Below, piece after piece: positions 1 to 7,904 of a stretch of 35,358 nt of DNA (position 1 is its first letter; each line of letters opens with the position of its first letter). The stretch covers positions 1 to 35,358 of the forward strand of contig CAYGZE010000003.1 in NCBI GenBank assembly GCA_964354185.1, in the 5' to 3' direction. Both the position numbers and the translations under genes were made by a program. The DNA is from an uncultured Anaerolineales bacterium. GTDB taxonomy: Bacteria; Planctomycetota; Phycisphaerae; FEN-1346. Below the pieces are notes generated by a model. The model had not been told where the DNA came from and did not search any database. It saw nothing but the letters and a program-made list of their open reading frames with translations.

Positions 1-2
1 GG

Positions 3-494
3 ACCCAGTGGTCGTGCAAGCCGAACGACGCCTACAAGCCGACGCGGACGCTCGTGCACCTCCTCGTGGACATCGTGTCGAAGGGCGGGAACCTCCTCCT
101 GAACATCGGGCCGCAGCCGGACGGCGAGTTGCCGCCCGAGGCTCTCCAGCGGCTCAAGGAGATCGGCGACTGGATGGCCCTCAACGCCGAGGCCATCCGC
201 GGCACGCGCCCCATCGCCCCGTACAAGGCGGGGTCGGTCTGCCTGACCCGCAAGGGCCGCACGGTCTACGCCATCTCGTTGGCGGAAGAGGGCCGCGACG
301 CGCCGCCCGCGACCGTGCGGGTGCCCGGCCTGCGTCCGCCCGCCGGCGCGAAGGTCGCCATGCTCGGCGCGGCCCCGCCCCTCGAGTGGCGGCAGGAGGA
401 CGACGGCGTGACCGTCGAGATCCCCGCCTCGGTCGTCCAGTCACCGCCCTGCCGCCATGCCTGGGTCATCAAGATCGCGCCCGCAATTCCATAG
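3..494 (+). CDS. Alpha-L-fucosidase (GH29), C-terminal part; 5' end lies outside the window
   Basis: The frame is open from nt 3 (TQWSCKPNDAYKPTRTLVHLLVDIVSKGGNLLLNIGP..DG...RLKEIGDWM..N.EAI.GTRP), the characteristic GH29 C-terminal barrel motif followed by a beta-sandwich. Stop is TAG at 492-494. Confidence 0.9.
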   Translation, partial: TQWSCKPNDAYKPTRTLVHLLVDIVSKGGNLLLNIGPQPDGELPPEALQRLKEIGDWMALNAEAIRGTRPIAPYKAGSVCLTRKGRTVYAISLAEEGRDAPPATVRVPGLRPPAGAKVAMLGAAPPLEWRQEDDGVTVEIPASVVQSPPCRHAWVIKIAPAIP

Positions 495-530
495 GCCCGG
501 AGCCGCCGACCTGCCCGCCGTCAGGCAGAC

Positions 531-559
531 TTGACTCCGCCCCGGATTGCGGTCATAGT
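531..559 (+). promoter_or_regulatory. Putative sigma70 promoter TTGACT-N17-CATAGT
   Basis: TTGACT at 531-536 and CATAGT at 554-559 with a 17-nt spacer, upstream of GAGGGGGG (RBS-like) and GTG 597. Confidence 0.5.
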
Positions 560-596
560 GTAACCGGCGTCATCCTTTCCGAGGGGGGTAGACGGC

Positions 597-1226
597 GTGA
601 AGCGGTCGGTCGTGGACGCACTGATCCTGAAGCAACCGGGCTCGCCCCTGAGCGACCTCCTGGACCAGGGGCTCCTAGCCGCTGGCCTTTACGTCGTCCG
701 TGTCGCCACGGCCTACGACGTCGTCGTCGAGGCCGAGCGGGCCGCGGTCCCCCTGCGTCTCATCCTCTTGGCGGTGGACCACTTCGGGCGCGAGGAGTTC
801 CGCCTCTTGCCCGTCATCCGCCGCGAGTGGCCGGGCGCCCAGGTGGCGGCCTACCACTCGCCCGGTTTCGAGCACAAGGGCCTCTTGGCGGACCTGATGG
901 GCGCGGACGCCGTCTTAGCAGGCCCGGAGGACGCGGCGCGGTTCCTGGAGGCGTTGGCTCCCCGCGCGGCCCAGCCGGCCGCCCGGCGCGCGCCCGAGGG
1001 CGACGCCTTCGGCGCGAGCCTCGACGAGGCTCTGGCCTATCAGGCGGCGCCGTCGGCCGAGCCGCCCCGGCCGGCCGTGCGCGACCTCGGCGCCCAGCCC
1101 GCGGAGGAAGCACCCCGCGAGCCCGCGCCGCCTCCGCCGCCGGCGGCGCACCCCGAGCCGGAACCGCCCGTCGAGTTGACGCAGGAGGAACTCCGCCTCC
1201 TCCTCGGGCAGGAGGGCGATTCGTGA
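597..1226 (+). CDS. Atypical response-regulator receiver-like protein with Pro/Ala-rich linker and C-terminal helical peptide
   Basis: Beta/alpha pattern of a receiver domain (LRLILLAVD...IRREWPGAQVAAY...MGADAVL) lacking the canonical Asp and Lys. High GC3 codon usage; the stop overlaps the next start (GTGA). Confidence 0.65.
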   Translation: MKRSVVDALILKQPGSPLSDLLDQGLLAAGLYVVRVATAYDVVVEAERAAVPLRLILLAVDHFGREEFRLLPVIRREWPGAQVAAYHSPGFEHKGLLADLMGADAVLAGPEDAARFLEALAPRAAQPAARRAPEGDAFGASLDEALAYQAAPSAEPPRPAVRDLGAQPAEEAPREPAPPPPPAAHPEPEPPVELTQEELRLLLGQEGDS

Positions 1227-2125
1227 CCGCCGCCCCCGAAACCGGCACCGCCAACGGCCCGAGGACCACCGTCTTCTGCCGGGACCTAGCGCGGCGGTCG
1301 GCCATCGAGCGGCTGGTGCCCGGCGCCGCCGTCCACGGCTTCGCGGTCGATGCGGCGCTGGGCGCCATGCGCTCGCGCGCCGATGCGATCGTCCTCGACT
1401 TGGGCGCGATCGAGGGGCGCGAGGCCGACCTCGTCGGCAGCCTGCGCCGGGCCCGGCCGGACGCGCGGGTCTACCTGCTGGTCGCCCCCCACGCCGAGCC
1501 GCTCGCCCGCGACCTCCTCAAGGCCGGCGCGACGGACTACCTCGTCCTCCCGGACGGCGTCCGCCAGTTGCCCGAGATGCTCGCGCGAAGGCCGTCCCCG
1601 GCCGCGCCCGCGGCGCCGGCCCCTGCGGGCACCGACTGGCAGGCCCTCTTCGACGCCTCCTGCGACCTGGCGTCCCTGGCGGCCGGGGATCCCGACGCGG
1701 TCTTGAGCGAGGGCCTCCGGATCCTGGTGCGGGCGACGCACGCCGTTCGCGGGACCGTCTTCACGCAGGGGGGCGGCGCGCGCCGTCTGGAGGCCCGCGT
1801 CTGGACGGGCGAGGCCGGCGGGCCGGAGGGCGGCGCCTCGGACGCCGAGCGGTCGGCGTCCGCCTGCGCGCTCGGGTCCGATGCCGCCAGCATCGTCCAC
1901 CTGGCCGGCCGCGATGCGCGCGGCGCTTCGCGACCTCCCGGGCCCGGCGAGCGGCCGGGCATGGTGATCGCCCTGCCCCTGCGGGCGGATGCCGGGGCGG
2001 TCGGCGCGGTGTGCCTCCTCTCGCGCCAGGAAGCGGCGCCCGACCGTGCCGCCCTCAATGCGCTCGAGCGGCTCGTCGGCGCCCTGGCCCGGGCCTATGA
2101 GGCGGCCGGCCGCCAGAGGGGATGA
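1223..2125 (+). CDS. Receiver-like domain plus GAF-like domain protein
   Basis: This is the real part of the 8..2125 ORF, starting at GTG 1223 and overlapping TGA 1224-1226. N-terminal ADAIVLDL...RVYLLV...AGATDYLVLP is receiver-like; C-terminal MVIALPLRADAGAVGAVCLL...ALERLVGALA is GAF-like. Confidence 0.65.
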   Translation: MTAAPETGTANGPRTTVFCRDLARRSAIERLVPGAAVHGFAVDAALGAMRSRADAIVLDLGAIEGREADLVGSLRRARPDARVYLLVAPHAEPLARDLLKAGATDYLVLPDGVRQLPEMLARRPSPAAPAAPAPAGTDWQALFDASCDLASLAAGDPDAVLSEGLRILVRATHAVRGTVFTQGGGARRLEARVWTGEAGGPEGGASDAERSASACALGSDAASIVHLAGRDARGASRPPGPGERPGMVIALPLRADAGAVGAVCLLSRQEAAPDRAALNALERLVGALARAYEAAGRQRG

Positions 2126-2179
2126 CGCAAACCGGGACGCGGGAGACTTCCTCCATCACCTCGGGCCGGGAGCCCGCCT

Positions 2180-4291
2180 ATGCCTCGCGACATCCCCGTC
2201 GGCAACGGGAACCTGCTCGTCACCTTCGACCGCCAGTACCGCGTGGCCGACCTCTACTACCCCCATGTCGGCCAGGAGAACCACAACGAGGGCGCCGTCT
2301 CGCGCTTCGGCGTCTGGTGCGACGGCCAGTTCGCCTGGATGGGCCCCGACTGGCAGATCGACCTCCGCTACGAGCCGGAAACCCTGGTCACTCACGTCGT
2401 CTGCCGCCACGCGCGGATGGAACTCGAACTCGAGTGCTCCGACGCGGTGGACTTCTACGAGAACATCTACCTGAGGCGCGTCGTCGTCTCGAACCTCGCC
2501 CCGCGGCGGCGCGAGGTCCGCCTCTTCTTCAGCCAGGACTTCAACCTCTATGCCACCAAGGTTGGCAACACGGCGTTCTACGACCCGACGACCGAGAGCG
2601 TGATCCACTACAAGGCCCGCCGCTACCTGCTTGTCAACCTGGGCGAACCCGGGCGGAGCGGAGTCCAGGCGTTCACGTGCGGCACCAAGGAGGTCCAGGG
2701 CCTCGAGGGGACGTGGCGCGACGCCGAGGACGGCGTCCTGGAGCGAAACCCCATCGCCCAGGGCACCGTCGACTCGACGATCGGCGCGACGCTGGCGCTG
2801 GACCCCAAGGGCCAGGGTATCCTGTACTGCTGGATCTGCGCCGGCCGCGTCTACCAGGAGGTGCGGCGCCTGAACCAACTCGTCCTCGACCGGACGCCGG
2901 ACGTCCTCATCTCGCGGACGCGGAACTTCTGGCGCCTGTGGGTCAACAAGGAGGAGTTCAACTTCGAGGGCGTCCCCGAGTCCGTCGTCTGGCTCTTCAA
3001 GCGGAGCCAACTGGTCCTCCGCACCCAGATCGACGACGGCGGGGCCATCCTCGCCGCCAACGACTCGGACATCATCCACACGAACCGCGACACCTACTCC
3101 TACTGCTGGCCGCGGGACGGCGCGCTGGCGGCCTATGCCCTCATCAAGGCCGGCCACAGCGGCATCTCGCGCCGGTTCTTCGACTTCTGCGGCAAGGTCA
3201 TCCACCAGAATGGTTTCTTTCTCCATAAGTACAATCCCGACGGATCGCTGGCCTCCTCCTGGCACCCCTGGCTGGCCGACAGCGCCGCGCGGCTCCCCAT
3301 CCAGGAGGACGGGACGGCCCTGATCCTGTGGGCGTTCTGGCGCCACTTCCAGAAGTTCCGCGATATTGAGTTTGTCGCCAAGCACTTCCGGCCGACGATC
3401 GTGAAGGCCGCCGAGTTCCTCTCGCACCACGTCGACCCGGGGACGCACCTCCCCCTGCCCTCCTACGACCTCTGGGAGGAGCGGTGGGGCGTCCACACGT
3501 GGACCGTGGCATCGGTGATCGGCGGCCTGCACGCGGCCGCGCGGTTCGCGTCGGCCTTCGGCGAGGTTGAACTCACGGCCTGCTTCAACCGCGTGGCCCA
3601 GGAGATGCGCGCGGCCCTCCTCAAGCACCTCTGGAGCGAGCCGCACGGCCGCTTCGCCCGCAGCCTGATCGTGGGCCCCGCGGGCACGCAACTCGACACG
3701 ACGATCGACGCCAGTTTGTGCGGCCTGGTCCTCTTCGGCGCCGCCGACCCGCACGACCCGAAGGTCGAGGCCACCCTCAAGGCCGTCCGCGAACGGCTCG
3801 TCCTGGCAACGCCCGTCGGCGGCGTCGCGCGGTACGACGGCGACATGTGGCACCGGAGCGTCCCGGACCGCCAGCGCGTCCCCGGCAACCCGTGGTTCGT
3901 CTGCACCCTCTGGATGATGCGGTGCGAGATCGCCCGGGCCGAGACCCTGGAGGAACTCGACCGCTCGTTCCAGTGGATGCAGTGGGCCGCCAAGTGGTGC
4001 CTGCCCTCGGGCATCCTGGCCGAGCAACTCCACCCCGACACGGGCGAACCGGTCGGCGTCTCGCCTCTCTCGTGGAGCCACGCCGAGGTGGTGGCCGCCC
4101 TGGCCGAATATCTGGAGAAGAAGTGCTGCCTCGTGGAGCGGAGCGGGAACGTGTGCCACGTCCACCAGCGCGGCCGGTACGCCGACCGCTACATCGCGCC
4201 GCACTACTGGGAGACGGAGGAGGATTTGCCGCCCGAGGGTCCCCCGTGTACGCGGCCCGACGCGGCCGGCCCGGGAGGGCCGGGGAGTTAG
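2180..4291 (+). CDS. Glycoside hydrolase family 15 (glucoamylase-like)
   Basis: MPRDIPVGNG N-terminus, YSYCWPRDG, IQEDGTA, SYDLWEER, GILAEQ and SPLSWSHA motifs of GH15. Confidence 0.92.
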   Translation: MPRDIPVGNGNLLVTFDRQYRVADLYYPHVGQENHNEGAVSRFGVWCDGQFAWMGPDWQIDLRYEPETLVTHVVCRHARMELELECSDAVDFYENIYLRRVVVSNLAPRRREVRLFFSQDFNLYATKVGNTAFYDPTTESVIHYKARRYLLVNLGEPGRSGVQAFTCGTKEVQGLEGTWRDAEDGVLERNPIAQGTVDSTIGATLALDPKGQGILYCWICAGRVYQEVRRLNQLVLDRTPDVLISRTRNFWRLWVNKEEFNFEGVPESVVWLFKRSQLVLRTQIDDGGAILAANDSDIIHTNRDTYSYCWPRDGALAAYALIKAGHSGISRRFFDFCGKVIHQNGFFLHKYNPDGSLASSWHPWLADSAARLPIQEDGTALILWAFWRHFQKFRDIEFVAKHFRPTIVKAAEFLSHHVDPGTHLPLPSYDLWEERWGVHTWTVASVIGGLHAAARFASAFGEVELTACFNRVAQEMRAALLKHLWSEPHGRFARSLIVGPAGTQLDTTIDASLCGLVLFGAADPHDPKVEATLKAVRERLVLATPVGGVARYDGDMWHRSVPDRQRVPGNPWFVCTLWMMRCEIARAETLEELDRSFQWMQWAAKWCLPSGILAEQLHPDTGEPVGVSPLSWSHAEVVAALAEYLEKKCCLVERSGNVCHVHQRGRYADRYIAPHYWETEEDLPPEGPPCTRPDAAGPGGPGS

Positions 4292-4339
4292 GAAAGGTTT
4301 CCCCGGAACTCCAAGTGTGCACAAAGAGAGGAGTGGGGG

Positions 4340-4996
4340 ATGCGCCGGCATCTTCTGTTCATAGGCCTGTGCTGTTTTGTCTGTGCCTCAGGGTGCCTTG
4401 GCTCAGGGCAGGGCTGTCCTGAAGGCATAGGACTCACACCGGACCTGGAGGCCGCCCTCGCCAAGGTAGACCTCAGAGAAGGGGTTCGGATTGTGAGAGA
4501 GCGCAAAACTTACGGGGACGACTTATACGAAGCACTGGAGGCAAAGGCCAGGTCGGATGACTGGAAGGCGGCCCTGTTCGGCGTGACGCTATTGGGCAGG
4601 ATTCCCAACAGAGGGCAGGGGAGCGTGCTGGAGGACGTCGCCAGCCGATCCTCCGACAAGGCACTGCGTTGCCACGCGATGTATTCCATGGGACTGCTTC
4701 GAGACCCCGCCGCCGTGCCCTTCCTGCTCAAAGTCCTCGACTCGGCGACGGAGCGAGAGTACGACCGGTGGACCGCGGCATGCGCGGTGGTGATCATCCG
4801 AGACGGAATCGTAGACGAGATGCCTGTTGAAGTATGGTGGTATGTCTTAGTGCCCGATCCCAGCAACACTCTGGGTTTGCCAACGCTGGACTCGCGCCGG
4901 GCCGAGTTGCCCGCGTGGTGGGAGGCCAATTCGCAACGGCTGCTGGCTGACAGGCGTGTGGCTGATTACCGAAGGGAGAGGCTCAAAGCAAAGTAG
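4340..4996 (+). CDS. HEAT/PBS-repeat-containing putative lipoprotein (atypical lower-GC codon usage)
   Basis: RBS GAGAGGAG; signal peptide with lipobox-like ASG|C; HEAT-like repeats (LRCHAMYSMGLLRDPAAVPFLLKVL, DRWTAACAV); ends with a WWEAN motif. Confidence 0.75.
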   Translation: MRRHLLFIGLCCFVCASGCLGSGQGCPEGIGLTPDLEAALAKVDLREGVRIVRERKTYGDDLYEALEAKARSDDWKAALFGVTLLGRIPNRGQGSVLEDVASRSSDKALRCHAMYSMGLLRDPAAVPFLLKVLDSATEREYDRWTAACAVVIIRDGIVDEMPVEVWWYVLVPDPSNTLGLPTLDSRRAELPAWWEANSQRLLADRRVADYRRERLKAK

Positions 4997-5073
4997 GCAA
5001 GGGAGTCTAGGGAGTTTCGAGGGACGCGACCCGAGGGTCTTGCCAGTCAGAGACGTGTCAGGCTCACAGGACT

Positions 5074-5105
5074 TTGCGCGGCGGGTCGGGAGACCCGCAG
5101 CGCAA
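5074..5105. repeat. REP-like palindromic hairpin TTGCGCGGCGGGTC-GGGA-GACCCGCAGCGCAA
   Basis: 14-bp arms with one mismatch and a 4-nt loop, between convergent genes. Confidence 0.7.
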
Positions 5106-5125
5106 GACGCAGAACACAAGGCGAA

Positions 5126-5160
5126 ATGCTTCGTCCGCCTGCGGCGGCCTCAGCATGACA
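5126..5160. repeat. Second REP-like imperfect hairpin ATGCTTCG-TCCGCC-TGC-GGCGG-CCTCAGCATGACA
   Basis: ATGCT/AGCAT outer arms and CCGCC/GGCGG inner stem. It resembles the intergenic repeat type ending in ..CTCAGCATGACA (recalled, not searched). Confidence 0.45.
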
Positions 5161-5197
5161 GTGGGCGGCTAGAGAACGTTGGCGCACCCCGCCGGCG

Positions 5198-5770
5198 CTA
5201 CCTCTTCTCCGGCTTCCGGAGCATGTGGGCCTCGAGGAGGCCCTTGACGGCCTTGCCGACGCCCTCGGCCAGTTCCCTCGGGCCCGTGCGGACCGCGCTC
5301 TTCACGGTGCCCGTCACCATCGCCACGCCGACCACCTTGTTGGCCTCGGCGTCGATCAACTGGATCTGGGCAGTCAGGCTCGGGTCGGCCCCCAGGCCGA
5401 CGGCCCGGACCGCGGACGTGCCCGGATCATAGTCCATGAACTTGCCGCGGATGAGGAGGGCCGGCTTGGCCGTCACGTTGGCCCCGACCTGCGAGAAGAC
5501 CTGCATCTCGGTCACCTTGGCGACGATGGCGGGCTGGACGGCGGCCACCACGTCCGACGGGATCGCCCCCAGCATCGGCGCCGGGTCGAACGCCTCGACC
5601 TGGACGGCCATGTAGCGGTCGAGGACGCCCTTGGCGCCCGCGTCCCGGACCTCGAAGTACCGCCCCGACGCGCCGGTCGCCCCGTAGAACGCCTGCTTGG
5701 CCACCGTCGACACGCAGCCCGACGCTGCGACCAGCCCCGCCACCAGGCCCAGCACGATCGCCCTTCTCAT
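5198..5770 (-). CDS. DUF4410-like lipoprotein
   Basis: ATG 5770 follows an AAAAGGAG RBS; lipobox ASG|C; motif LLIRGKFMDYDPGTSAVRAVGLGA resembles the DUF4410 core. Confidence 0.75.
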   Translation of the reverse strand: MRRAIVLGLVAGLVAASGCVSTVAKQAFYGATGASGRYFEVRDAGAKGVLDRYMAVQVEAFDPAPMLGAIPSDVVAAVQPAIVAKVTEMQVFSQVGANVTAKPALLIRGKFMDYDPGTSAVRAVGLGADPSLTAQIQLIDAEANKVVGVAMVTGTVKSAVRTGPRELAEGVGKAVKGLLEAHMLRKPEKR

Positions 5771-5813
5771 GGCCGCTCCTTTTCGCTGCGATCTGCCCGT
5801 GTGCCTCATGCGT

Positions 5814-5842
5814 ATCTTAGACCCGCCGGCGGCGGCGTGCAA
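5814..5842 (-). promoter_or_regulatory. Putative sigma70 promoter TTGCAC-N17-TAAGAT for the DUF4410-like gene
   Basis: Minus strand TTGCAC (5842-5837), 17-nt spacer, TAAGAT (5819-5814). Confidence 0.55.
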
Positions 5843-5864
5843 GCGTTTCGTGGCCGCATCTCCC

Positions 5865-5894
5865 TTGGCGTGAGGCGCGCCCCTCGCGTATGAT
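5865..5894 (+). promoter_or_regulatory. Putative divergent sigma70 promoter TTGGCG-N18-TATGAT for tlyA
   Basis: TTGGCG at 5865-5870 and TATGAT at 5889-5894. Confidence 0.4.
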
Positions 5895-5926
5895 GGAGAA
5901 GGTCACGGCACTTGGGGCGCCCGCGC

Positions 5927-6502
5927 ATGGGGCTTGACGAGGACAGGTACGTCACCCGGTCGGGGTTGAAACTGGAGCACGCGCTGGAGGCGTTCGGCCT
6001 GGACCTCCTGGGCCGGACCTGCGCGGACCTGGGGAGCCACCAGGGCGGGTTCGTCGACTGTCTGCTTGCGCGCGGGGCCGCCAAGGTCTACTCGGTCGAC
6101 ACGTCCTACGGGACGCTCGCGTGGAAACTCCGGCAGGACCCGCGCGTCGTCGTCCTCGAGCGCACAAACGCCATGCACCTGGAACTGCCCGAACCGGTGG
6201 ACCTCGTGACGATCGACGTCGGCTGGACGCGGCAGCGGCGCATCCTGCCGTCGGCCCTGCGGCTGCTCAAACCGGACGGGCGGATCCTGTCGCTCGTCAA
6301 GCCGCAATACGAGGCCGCCGAGGACGAGCGCGCGGCCGGGGTCGTCCACGAGGAGCACCTGGAGCCGGTGCTGGGGCGCGTGCGAATCGACGCGGCGGGG
6401 GCGGGCCTCGAGATCCTTGCCGAGACGCGGTCGCCCATCCGCGGCGGCGGGGGAAACACCGAGTTCCTGTTCCTCATGAAGCGAAAAGGCAATGCCAAAT
6501 GA
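5927..6502 (+). CDS. tlyA: TlyA-family rRNA 2'-O-methyltransferase (FtsJ fold), lacking the N-terminal S4 domain
   Basis: RYVTRSGLKL, DLGSHQGGFVDCLL.RGAAKVYSVD, LRQDPRVVVLERTN, LVKPQYE and SPIRGGGGNTEF motifs. Start is ATG 5927 (alternative TTG 5912). Confidence 0.88.
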   Translation: MGLDEDRYVTRSGLKLEHALEAFGLDLLGRTCADLGSHQGGFVDCLLARGAAKVYSVDTSYGTLAWKLRQDPRVVVLERTNAMHLELPEPVDLVTIDVGWTRQRRILPSALRLLKPDGRILSLVKPQYEAAEDERAAGVVHEEHLEPVLGRVRIDAAGAGLEILAETRSPIRGGGGNTEFLFLMKRKGNAK

Positions 6503-6618
6503 CCAATGACAAATGTCAAACCGAACGGCAAGAAGCAATGAACAATGTCAAAGGACCAACTCGGGTGGCGTCCGGCCGCGCCGTTCAGTTTGACATTTAT
6601 CATTTGTCATTGGTCATT
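6491..6618. repeat. Inverted repeat of about 39-bp arms built from AATGNNN heptamers (STRR2-like TT(G/T)GTCA)
   Basis: Left arm 6491-6529 reads AATGCCA AATGACC AATGACA AATGTCA AACCGAACGGC. The reverse complement of the right arm 6580-6618 reads AATGACC AATGACA AATGATA AATGTCA AACTGAACGGC. AT-rich relative to the window. Confidence 0.85.
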
Positions 6619-7904
6619 TCTCTTTCCTTCCCGTTCTCTTCCGCCACTTTGAAGACGCAGTAGTCGCCGCACATGGAGCAGACGTCGTCGTGGCCGGGGC
6701 GGCGCTCGTGCCGGAGGTCGCGGGCCCGTGCGGGGTCCATCGCCTCGGCCAACTGAGTCTCCCAGTCGCGGCGGGCCCGGGCCTCGCTCATGCGGCGGTC
6801 CCATGCCCGCGCCGCAGGGTTGCCCCGCGCCACGTCGGCCGCATGGGCCGCGATTCGGGCCGCCACGACCCCTGCCCGCACGTCCTCCGGCCGCGGCAGG
6901 CCCAGGTGCTCGGTCGGCGTCACGTAGCAGAGGAAGTCGGCGCCGGCCATGGCGGCCACGGCCCCGCCGATCGCGCTGGTGATGTGGTCGTAGCCGGGCG
7001 CCACGTCCGTCACGATGGGCCCGAGGACGTAGAACGGGAGGCCGCCCGTCAGTTCCTTCTGGAGTTTGACCTGGGCGGCCACCTGGTCGAGGGGCACGTG
7101 GCCGGGCCCCTCGACCATGACCTGGACGCCGGCGGCCGTCGCCCGCCGCGCGAGTTCCGCCAGGACGAGGAGTTCGTCGACCTGGGCGGCGTCCATGGCA
7201 TCGGCCCCCGCGCCCGGCCTGAGGCCGTCGCCCAGGGAGAGCGTCACGTCGAACTCGCGCGCGAGGTCGATGACTTCGTCGAACCGCTCGAAGAGGGGGT
7301 TCTCCTGGCGGTGCCGCCGCATCCAGTGGGCCAGGAACATGCCGCCGCGGCTGACGATGCCGCACACGCGCCGCCGCACGGCCTCCGACTCGGCCACCTG
7401 GCGCGTGACACCGCAATGCACGGTGACGAAGTCGACGCCGTCTTCGGCGTGGCGCCGGACGCTGGCGAGGATGTCGTCGGCGGTCATCGAGGCGATGTCG
7501 CCGTGGTCCCGCGCCGCCTTGGCGGCCGCCTCGTAGATGGGGACGGTTCCGACGGTGACGTCGCAGGCGTCCATGAGGCGGCGGCGGATGGCGGGGATGT
7601 CGCCGCCCGTCGAGAGGTCCATGACGGCGTCGGCCCCCGCGTCGATGGCGGCCCGCAACTTTGCCAGTTCCGCCTCGACGTCGGCGTAGTCGGGACTCGT
7701 GCCAAGGTTGGCGTTGACCTTGACGCGAAGGCCCTGGCCGACGCCCATGACGCGCGCGGCCCGGCGGTTCTTGTTGAGGGGGATGACGATGCGGCCGTCG
7801 GCCGCGCCCTGGCGAATGACCTCGGGATCGAGACCCTCCGCCTCGGCGACGGCCCGCATGGCCGGGCTGATCTCGCGCCTTCTGGCAACCTCAATCTGCG
7901 TCAT
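6600..7904 (-). CDS. thiC: Phosphomethylpyrimidine synthase ThiC (short type)
   Basis: Starts MTQIEVARR at ATG 7904; KVNANLGTS, GADAVMDLSTGG, GVDFVTVHCG, SLGDGLRPG, VMVEGPGHVP, GYDHITSAIG, CYVTPTEHL and C-terminal CSMCGDYC Fe-S motif. Confidence 0.93.
   Translation of the reverse strand: MTQIEVARRREISPAMRAVAEAEGLDPEVIRQGAADGRIVIPLNKNRRAARVMGVGQGLRVKVNANLGTSPDYADVEAELAKLRAAIDAGADAVMDLSTGGDIPAIRRRLMDACDVTVGTVPIYEAAAKAARDHGDIASMTADDILASVRRHAEDGVDFVTVHCGVTRQVAESEAVRRRVCGIVSRGGMFLAHWMRRHRQENPLFERFDEVIDLAREFDVTLSLGDGLRPGAGADAMDAAQVDELLVLAELARRATAAGVQVMVEGPGHVPLDQVAAQVKLQKELTGGLPFYVLGPIVTDVAPGYDHITSAIGGAVAAMAGADFLCYVTPTEHLGLPRPEDVRAGVVAARIAAHAADVARGNPAARAWDRRMSEARARRDWETQLAEAMDPARARDLRHERRPGHDDVCSMCGDYCVFKVAEENGKEREMTNDK

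Noticed and set aside
8-1222. N-terminal 405 codons of the 705-aa ORF 8..2125
   Set aside because: Arg/Pro/Gly-rich shadow frame overlapping the fucosidase and 597..1226 genes; protein-like sequence starts only at GTG 1223.
2156-4351. 731-aa antisense ORF, and similar long antisense or shadow ORFs elsewhere (e.g. 11089..12810, 24044..25747, 26682..28487)
   Set aside because: Mirror frames of real high-GC3 genes, with no motifs, RBS or coherent composition.
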